Source: Vitrella brassicaformis CCMP3155
Lineage: Eukaryota > Protista > Chromerida
Assembly: GCA_001179505.1 (NCBI GenBank)
Contig: CDMY01000900.1
Span: forward strand, 1 to 12,228
DNA length: 12,228 nucleotides
Direction of reading: 5' to 3'
The notes under the pieces are model-generated. The model worked only from the letters and a program-made list of their open reading frames with translations. It had not been told where the DNA came from and searched no databases. This document shows, piece by piece, positions 1 to 9,400 of the stretch (within the stretch, counting starts at the first letter, position 1; every line of letters begins with the position of its first letter). The position numbers were made by a program, and so were the translations under genes.

Positions 1-2
1 AC

Positions 3-452
3 GCGACGATCCGGATGGCTCATCCGCTGGTGCTGGGCGCTCTCAAGACCAGCATCGGGCACCTGGAGGGGTCGGCAGGCATCTCGGGGCTCATCAAGCT
101 CATCCTCACTCTCCTGCACGGCGTCGCCCCGCCCAACCTGCACCTGAATCAGCTCAACCCCCACATCGACACGGACGGCTTCAACGTCCTCATCCCCACA
201 CAACCCGTCAAGCTCCTCAGGGCCAACAGGCAGCAGCATGGACAAGGCCAGAGCAGTAAAGACTCGTCATCGCCGACATCCTCATTGCCGAAGGAGTCAT
301 CGCCGAAAGAGAAATCGCCGAAGGAGTCATCCCCGACGTCGTCAGTGCCGACATCGTCAGCGACATCGTCAGTGACGACAGGCATGCCGGTCCTGGTGGG
401 CGGCGTCAGTTCCTTCGGCTTCGGCGGCGCCAACGCCCACGCCCTCATCCAG
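3..452 (+). other. Ketosynthase domain, C-terminal part
   Basis: GALKTSIGHLEGSAGISG (second catalytic His at 60-62), PPNLHLNQLNPHI and GVSSFGFGGANAH. The catalytic Cys and first His would lie upstream of the window. Confidence 0.92.
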
Positions 453-3400
453 TGCCACCCCATCAGCCAGTCGTCGACAACAACGGTGCAGGAGCTGCTC
501 GAGACGGGAGGTTTGTCAGCGGCGGCCCGGCAGTCTGAGAAGCGGAAGGTGGCGCTCATGTTCACGGGTCAGGGCAGCCAGTACGTCAACATGGGACGGG
601 AGCTGTACGAGAGCGATCAGGTGTTCCGCGAGGCGATTGGCCAGTGCGCGTCGGTGCTCGATCCGTATCTGTCGGCGCAGCACGAGGGCATCTCACTGGT
701 GGGGCTGCTGTACCCCGACTCGAGTGGTGAAGCTGACGAGATGGCGCGGCTCATCGACGAGACGCGCTTCTCTCAGCCCGTGCTGTTTGCTGTCGAGTAC
801 GCCCTGTACGCGTCGCTGTCTGCGCGTGGAGTGGTGGCGGATGTGGTCATGGGACACAGCCTGGGCGAGTACGTCGCGGCGACCGTGGCTGGGGTCATGT
901 CGCTGCCCGACGGGCTGCGTCTGATCGCGGAGCGGGCGCGCATCATGCACGCGAGCGATCCCAAGGATGGCGTCATGGCGGCCTGCCGACTGAGCCCTGA
1001 GCAAGTCGACGAGGCCATACAGGCGCTGCCAGCAGCATCGAGGAACGTGTCGCTGGCGGCGGTCAACGGCCCCAAGAGCGTCGTGGTGTCGGGTGCTCGC
1101 GAGCAAGTGGAGGAGGTCTTCAAGAGCCTACATGTCGGCAACCGATACAAGCTGCTGCCGGTGTCCCACGCCTTCCACTCGCCCCTCATGGCCGACACCG
1201 TCGACCACTTCAGGCAAGTCCTGCAGACCGTCGCCCTCCGTCCACCCACCATCCCCCTCGTCTCAAACGTCACCGGACACCTCGTCACACCTGACCAGCA
1301 ACCTGGCAGCACCACAACAGACTTGACCGACGTCGACTACTGGGCCCACCACATCACCCTGCCGGTCCGCTTCCTCGACGGCATCCAGACCACCATACAG
1401 CAGGCCGGCGCAAGAGTTCTCATCGAGGTCGGACCCAAACCCACGTTGATCAACATGGGCAAACAGTGCCTCAGGGGCGATGCACAGCCACTCGACCTTC
1501 AGTGGCTACCAACCATCGACCCGAAGACCGACGCGATCGGTTCCATGAAGGATGTTGTCGAGTCCGTCTCGTTCAAGGAGTCCGGCACCCACCAATGGAA
1601 GCATGACTTGTTCCCGTGGGTCGAGGTGGCTCATCCTGTGCTTGGCAAGCGTGAAGTGCTCGAGAAGGGTTCCAACTTCGAGGGTGTCCTGCGGAAGGAG
1701 GTGCGTGCGCTCATTTCAGAGCACATTGTCCTTGGAGCCGCCTTGATGCCCGGTGCTGGCTTCCTCGAAGCCATGAGTTCGGCTGGTGCGGCCGCAATGG
1801 AGCCTCCTCTTGGCCAGAGCCTTGATTTGTCCGGCAAGAAGAGGAGTGCTTACGATCTCGTGTGTCTTGAAGAGGTCATGTTCGAGAAGCCCTTGCGGCT
1901 CCTCAAGGCAAGATCTGGTGGGTCTGAGGAAGCCAAGGAACAGACGGTCCGCATCACAGTCAGTGGTGAGGAGGTGTCCAACCTGACTCACTGCTGCGCT
2001 CCACCGATGGCAATCGAGTTCCTCTCAAGAGCAGAGGGCGAGGATGACTTCTCGGCTCACGGGTCTGCTCGGCTCACGGCGTTTGCTCCACCAGACGAGG
2101 CGGTCACCAGTTCAGTGGAGGAGGTCGGCACAGTCAAGGAGCGGTGTCCTCACACCGCCGACATCTCATCCTTCTACTCGCAACTCAAGGCCCTGGGACT
2201 TCAGTACCAAGGGCGCTTCCAGACAGTCCAGGACATCGCAGTGGGAGACGACGAAGCCATCTCACGCCTCAAGCTGCCAGCCACCGCCGCCTTCGAGAGG
2301 GGCTTCCGCTTCCATCCGGCCCTTCTAGATGGAGCATTCCAAACAACTGCCGGCATCTTGGCGGCAATTGAGCCCAAGGACAGCGTTCGAACCAAGTCGA
2401 AGACTGTTCTCGTACCCGTGGGTGCGGAGCGGGTCTGTCTTGCGAAGCTTGATTCATCGCAGGAGGTGTGGAGTCACGTGAAGCTGGTTCAGAAGGACGA
2501 CAACGGCGTGCTCATCGACGTCACAATCCAGGACAGGCTCGGACGGCCAGTGGCTGTCTTGAACAAGTTGAGTCTGCGTCAGATGGAGACTACAGCCCCT
2601 GCAGAGATTCCCAGGGATCTTCTGTGGGAGACATCATGGAAGCAACAGGCCCTCCCTGCTGAGGAGGAAGACAAGACACACGAGCCCAAGCTGCAGGCAG
2701 CCCCCGATCTTGAAGAGGAGACCACCCACAGGACAAAGTCGAATTGCCTCGTCTTCGGTGCCGCCGGTGACTGGCAGCAAGCTACAGAGAGCTTCCTGTC
2801 AGCGACTGCGTCGCTTGGAGAGACGCGGGTCATCTGCCACGGTGACATGCCGTCGGCAGCCGACCTCGACAAGCTCTTGTCAGACAAGGAAGGAGACAAG
2901 CTGCTATGGGACAGCATCATCTACCTTGGAGGACTGATGGTCGACTCGCGGCCTCTCGAGGACAGCGAGATCGTGCTTGACGTCATGGGTGAGGTCCTAG
3001 AGCTGACGCAATCCCTTCTTCGTCTAGGAAGGACGATGGAGCTTCCAGCCGTGTGGCTCGCCACAGCAGGCAGTCAGAACTGTGAGACCAGCGGCCATGA
3101 CGAAGCAGGTATGAATGAAAATGTCATCCCCATTGCTCACAAACTTATCATGTACGTCTTCGCCGTGTGATCTTATATGTCTGTTATGCAGGAGACCTTC
3201 TGGCTCGTCACGCCATGCATGGTGGCTTGTGGGGCTTCGCAAAGGTGGCACGATTGGAGTCAGAGAACGGCCTCGGACAAATGATCCGCATGAGCTGCGT
3301 CGACCTGGATCGACGCACAGCGGACGCGGAGTCATTGCTGCAGCAGCTGCTCTGGGCAATCGACCGTGAGTGGCCCAAGGAGGCAAAGGACTATGAGCCA

Positions 3401-6400
3401 GAGATCGCAGTGCGCAACAACCACGCCGAGTCGCCGGGAGCTTACAAGCTCTACTACTCCCGAATGGTCAAGTCGTCTCTACAAGCCAGAGGACACTGTG
3501 AGCTGCAGCTAGGCAAGCGCGGCACCCTTTCCAGCCTGAGAGTGCGGCCAGTCTCCAACGATGGTCGCGAGTCTCCGGGTGCTGGCTGCGTGGAGGTGCG
3601 TGTGCGTGCGGTTGGTTTGAATTTCCGTGACGTGTTGAACGTGATGGGTCTGTATCCTGGTGACCCGGGTCCGCCTGGCGGCGATTGCTCGGGGACGGTC
3701 GTGAGTGTTGGAGCGGGTGTGACGCATCTGAGTGTGGGCGATGATGTGTACGGTGTTGCACCCGGGTGTCTGCGGACGTATGTGGCCACGGATGCCCACT
3801 TGATGGCCATCAAGCCGGTGACCATGTCGTTCGAGCAAGCCGCGGCGCTGCCAGTCGTCTTCGTCACGGTCCAAGTGGCCTTCAGGGAGCTCGCCAAGGT
3901 CACAAAGGGCGACAAGGTGCTCGTGCACGTGGCGACGGGAGGGGTGGGCTTGGCCNNNNNNNNNNNNNNNNNNNNNNNNNNNNNNNNNNNNNNNNNNNNN
4001 NNNNNNNNNNNNNNNNNNNNNNNNNNNNNNNNNNNNNNNNNNNNNNNNNNNNNNNNNNNNNNNNNNNNNNNNNNNNNNNNNNNNNNNNNNNNNNNNNNNN
4101 NNNNNNNNNNNNNNNNNNNNNNNNNNNNNNNNNNNNNNNNNNNNNNNNNNNNNNNNNNNNNNNNNNNNNNNNNNNNNNNNNNNNNNNNNNNNNNNNNNNN
4201 NNNNNNNNNNNNNNNNNNNNNNNNNNNNNNNNNNNNNNNNNNNNNNNNNNNNNNNCTCCGGTGGGCTTGGCCGCTCTGCAGTACTGCCAGCAAGTGGGAG
4301 CGACCGTGTTTGCGACGGCCGGCAGTGAGGCGAAACGGGACTACCTGCGCCAGACGTGTGGCGTCCAGTACGTGACCACATCGCGTGACGCCAAGCAGTT
4401 CAAGGAGGACATGCTGTCGTTCCTGGGGGGCGCCAGTAGTGGCAAGATCGATGTGGTCCTCAACTCGTTGATCGACGACTACATTCCCTTCTCTCTTGAC
4501 CTCATGGCACCCAACGGCCGCTTCATGGAGCTCGGCAAGCGCGAGACCTGGACCAAGGACAAGGTCGCCGAAAAGAGACCCGACGTCATGTACGAGCTCA
4601 TCGCCATAGATCGGTTCATTGAGGAGAACCCCTTGAGGGTCGAGAGCATCCTGAAGGACATGTCCGCCGGATTCGCTGCCGGGAGGCTGCCGCCTCTGCC
4701 AATGCACGTCTTCGACATGACCAGTCAAGACCAGCATTTGGGCGGTGTTGCAGGCTTCCGGTTCCTGCAGCGGGCGCAACACATCGGCAAGGTCGTCCTG
4801 AGGGTGCCGAACGCCCTTCAATCTGTCGACACCGTCTTGGCGTCGTCACAGAGCAGCGGTAGCTATGTCATCACGGGCGGCTCTGGCGGCATCGGCCTCT
4901 TGCTGGCCGAGTGGCTGGTGCACGAGGGAGCCAAACACATCGTGTTGGTGTCGAGACGCGGCAAGCCGTCCGCTGCCGTGGCTGCCACGGAGCTTTGGCA
5001 ACGCCTCACGGCAGCGTCCAACACATCCTTCAAGGTCCACTGCCTTGCGGCTGATGTGTCCAAGAAGGACGACTGCGAGAGGCTCTTCCAGCAACTGGCC
5101 GAGAGCATCCCTGATGCGCCTGTCAAGGGCATCTTCCACGCCGCTGGTGTGCTGGAAGACGCAACGCTCAACAACCAGACAAAGGACAACATCACCAAAG
5201 TCTACCTGCCAAAGGTGAGACCGAGAGAGTGGGCGGCGGACCTTCTAAGAAGGGGACTTCACTTCTTGTTTGTGCTTTTCTTCAGGTCATGGGAGCCTGG
5301 TATCTTCACGAGTTATCTCAGACATGGCCTCTGCCTCTTGACCACTTCATGATGTTCTCGTCGGTGGCGTCCATGCTGGGCAACTTCGGCCAAAGCAACT
5401 ACGCTGCAGCCAATGCGTGCCTCGACGCACTGACAGTCCATCGACGCTCGAGGGGATTTGCCGCACAGAGCATTCAATGGGGCCCCTGGGTGGAGCAAGG
5501 CATGGCAGCCAAGCTCCGCCAGCATTTGGACAAGGTCGGCATCAAGGGCATCTCCAACGAGCTCGGACTCCGCGTCATGGGCGACGTCATGAGCCACCAG
5601 CTGTCGACGCCCGCCAGGCCAGGAGTGGGTGTCATCGGTTGCCAGGCCCTCAACTGGCCTGTCTTCCTAGGGCGTCACGAGAGGGTTCCGAACCTTTTCG
5701 CTGACATCCCCATGGCATCTACAGCAGCCTCTGAAGGCAAGGGCAGCCTCGATCTGAGCAGAATGAGCAGAGACGAGCTGGGAGACATCCTGTGCTCACT
5801 CGCTGAGGAGGTGGCGGGATCGGGCGAGAGGCCGGAGCCCGACGCGCCTTTGATGGAGCTCGGGTTCGACTCGCTCGGCGCCGTCGAGTTCCGCAACGCT
5901 ATCGCAGACATGACGGGCGTCAAGCTGCCGCAGTCACTGGTCTTCGAGAATCCCAGCATCAACGACCTCGCCGACTTCATTCTCAGCAGAGCACCGACCA
6001 AGGGCAAGGACGAGCCGTCAGCTGATTCTGCTGAGGGAGTGGACGGGAGCAAGGCCAACGCCGAGGCGATCGCCAGCGGCACCACCAAGCCGTTCGACAT
6101 CATGTCACTGACGGTGGAGAAGTGGCTGCGGTTCACCTTCTCTGAGAACAAGCGCTACTTCCAGTACGTCGACGCCTTCGAGAACAAGTACCCGTCAGTC
6201 GACGCCATGTCCAAGGAGAGTGACGTCCACGGAGCGATAAGGTCCCTCAACGTCAAGAACGCGGAGGATACGCAGCTGATCGCAGCCGCGTGGGAGAAGC
6301 TCATCAGCGCTGACACCGCCGAGGCCAAGCCTGGCAGGAGGCAGAAGACCCCAGACGTGTACGACGACATGAAGATGTTGTCCGACTGGCTCGACACCGA

Positions 6401-9400
6401 GATTGCAGTCCGCATCAAGTCAGCTCTCCCTCGTGTGCCCCAGAGACGGGTCCGCCGCGTTCTGTTGACGGGCGTGACGGGCTTTGTCGGTCGCTGCCAA
6501 CTGGTGACATTGCTCGAGAGGGAGACGCCTGGGAAGCTCGTCGTGTGCTGTCTTGTGCGCGCCTCAAGCGTCGAGCACGGCCTCCAGCGAGTCCGTCAGG
6601 CCTGCACTGAGGCGAGGATATGGCGGGAGGAATTTGCTCACAGGATTGAGGTGCTGCCGGGAGACTTCACGCTTGAGGACTTTGGACTGGGAGAGAAGAA
6701 ATTCCAGGAGCTGTGCCGCTCAGTCGACATGGTAAGGAGGAAGAGGCAATCAAAGCAGACAGGCAAGACGATCACCTTCTGTTGTTCTGTCCTCAGGTGT
6801 ACCACACCGGTGCCGATGTGAATCTGATGAACAACTACGCCAAGCTGCGTCACACCAACACTCTCGCCATGAAGGGCGTCATCCGCGTCTGCGCCACACA
6901 CAGACTCAAGGAGCTCCACCACACGTCCACCCTGGGCGTATTCCCGGTGAGTGTAACGAATGCATGGAAGCATGCAGCATACACACATACAGTGAGTGCT
7001 TGTACACAATCGATTGGGATGTATGTGTGCTTGGATGTGTGTGTATATGTTTAATTAGGCCTTCTACGCGGCCTTCGGTCAGGAGTTCAGCGACATGAGC
7101 CCCATCATGGAGGGTGTGTCGCCCGACGAGAAGGAGATGAAGAAGTTCTTCCCTCCGACAGCCATCGGGTACCCCTGGAGCAAGTGGGCCACCGAGCAGA
7201 CACTCCGCAAGGCGCGCGACCTGGGCCTCCCCCTTTGCATCTATCGGCTGCCCAACACTAACCTGAGTCTGCGGACGGGCTTCACCAACCGCACCGACTA
7301 CCTCACGGCCCTTATGGTGTCCTCCATGCAAGAGGGCATGTTCCCTATCGGAGCCACCGCTGCGCCCTTCACACCCGCAGGTCAGACGACCTCACAAGGC
7401 AGTAGTTAGGCTAACGACTACAGATTCTCTTACTCTCTTGTGCGGCTTTTGTTGTGCGCAGACACCATATCTGAGATGCTGGTTGAGGCGTCCTTCCTTG
7501 AGAATCGCAAGCACTGGTTCTACCACCTGGTCGATGCGACCATCGTCACAAGGTACTTACTACTCGCACACAGCGTTCAGCTGGTACGACACTAGATACT
7601 ACATCTTGTCCCTCCCCCACTGTGCGTGCAGGCACGAGCTGGAGCGGTGGTCAGCTGACATGGGCGTGAGCTATCGCGGTGTCCATGTCCAAGAGTTCCT
7701 CAACGCTGTCAAGGAGAGAGGCCGAGTTTCTCCCGTCCATCGGTTCGTCCCACTCATGCAGGTGAGAATGGAACAACGAACCGTCCATGGAGGTAGGGGA
7801 TCCATCTCGTTGGTTGGTATCCCATTCCTTTAGCATTGGCGTCGGTATTGGTTTGACTCTGAGGAGCGGACCGAGCCGCTGCCAATCAGCAACAGACACA
7901 TCTTCGAGGACCTGCCCACCTTCAAATGGCCCAGTGGACGCGACGTCTTCCAGGCATCCTTTATGGTCAGTGAGGGAACGATGGAGGGAGAAACACCACA
8001 CCAGCTCGCACAAGTCAAACTGACCGGCTCGTTGTGCTCTTTGGCATCGTGTCTTCAGTACTCTTGCGAGTCTCGTTTCTTCATGCCCAACTCCAAGTCG
8101 ATCGGCATGGTTGCCGATGACATGGTGTCCCTGGCCAAGAAGAACGCCGGCCTCGCCACACTGCCGCAAGGGCTGCCTGGCGGGGATGCCTTCTTCACCC
8201 AGCCCATCCGGTCCCTCACAGAGAGCGCCAGACACGACGTCAAGCTGAGCTTCTTCGGACAGTTTGCCCTCTCCCGCACCGTCCACCAGCTGCTTAAGAA
8301 CGCCCTCTTCCTCCAGGCCATGGAGCAGCAGCACCCGGACATACTCCGCCAGTCCATCTCACAACCGCTCGTCATCGTGGGGCCGGATGTGCTCGGCAAC
8401 GCCTTCCTGCAGCTGCTCATGGCCCAGGACCCATCGAATCGCGTGCCGCGCTTCTGCGAAGTCAACTTCCCGTACGGCGAGGATGGATCATTCAGACCGA
8501 AGCGACTGCCCAATAACGCCCCATGGGAACAGGTGCGTACACCTGCACACCAGGGAACAGTGTTGCCTGGACCGATCCATGATGTGTGTATGTGTCTTGG
8601 TTTGCTCCTTCCTTCCTTGGCGCAGGACCCTCGCATGGCAGCCGCTCGGCGGCTGCTCGAGTCCTCTCCCATGCTGGGCAATGACTACATGTCCATCCTC
8701 CCCCGCAGTGGCGACATGCCCGAGGATGACACGGCCATATTCGAGCACTCACTCCGCGCGCACACCTTCTGCATGGGCTACGGCGCGCCGTCGTACGGCC
8801 AGTGGCTGAGGGAGTCTGATGGAGCGGAGATCAAGAAGGGCTACGCAATGCACAAGAGATTCCTCCAGCACCTGCAGTGGCAGCGGGCAGGCGACCGGTG
8901 GGTGCTCAAGATGCCCGCACACATGCTGGCTCTTGACGCGCTCTTCGAGACCTACCCCGATGCCAGGGTCATCTTCCTCCACAGGTGTGTGAGAATGGAC
9001 AACACACATACTGACACATGGGCTCTGTGGCATCCCTCTCACCGGTATACCTCTTCCTTTGCTTTTTTGTTTGTCATCAATTCATTCATTCAGAAACCCC
9101 AAGGTTGCCCTCGGGCCAGTGTGCAGGATCGTCAACTCTGTGCGCGAGAAGCTCATGGACGATGCTGACATGAGCGTCACAAGCCACCAGCAGGCGGAGC
9201 TCATGGCCGAGATGGTCAACACAGCCACAGAGTTCCGCCAAAACAATCCCGCGCTGAGGGGCCGGTTTGTCGACGTCACGACCGACGCGCTCGTCCGCGA
9301 TCCCGTGGGCACCGTGAGGAAGATCTACCGGCAGTGCGGGCTGGCCATGCCTCGGCGGGCGTCTCAGTCCATGTGGGACTTGGTCAGCCAGCACCGCGAC

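Larger units (their letters stand above)
6450..7965 (+). other. Terminal thioester reductase (R, extended SDR / NAD_binding_4-like) domain, split over several exons
   Basis: VLLTGVTGFVG (6459-6491), CLVRA, VLPGD, VYHTGADVN, HTSTLGV and GYPWSKWATE (YxxxK, 7170-7184). Confidence 0.9.

Noticed and set aside
15-17. ATG15 as the gene start
   Set aside because: The frame is open upstream and the sequence begins mid-KS, after the catalytic Cys; the gene is 5'-truncated by the window.
45-62. KTSIGH instead of the usual K[ST]NIGH in KS
   Set aside because: Catalytic Lys and His are retained; a single Asn-to-Ser change is not evidence of an inactive KS.
261-377. 15-nt periodic repeat as a CRISPR-like array
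   Set aside because: The units are short, contiguous, spacer-less and in-frame coding, and the context is eukaryotic.
1966-2034. Possible 69-nt in-frame intron in DH (GTGAG...CAG; an odd NLTHCCAPPM peptide)
   Set aside because: Removal would delete AIEFLSR, which resembles a normal DH strand, and there is no good polypyrimidine tract. Unresolved without RNA-seq.
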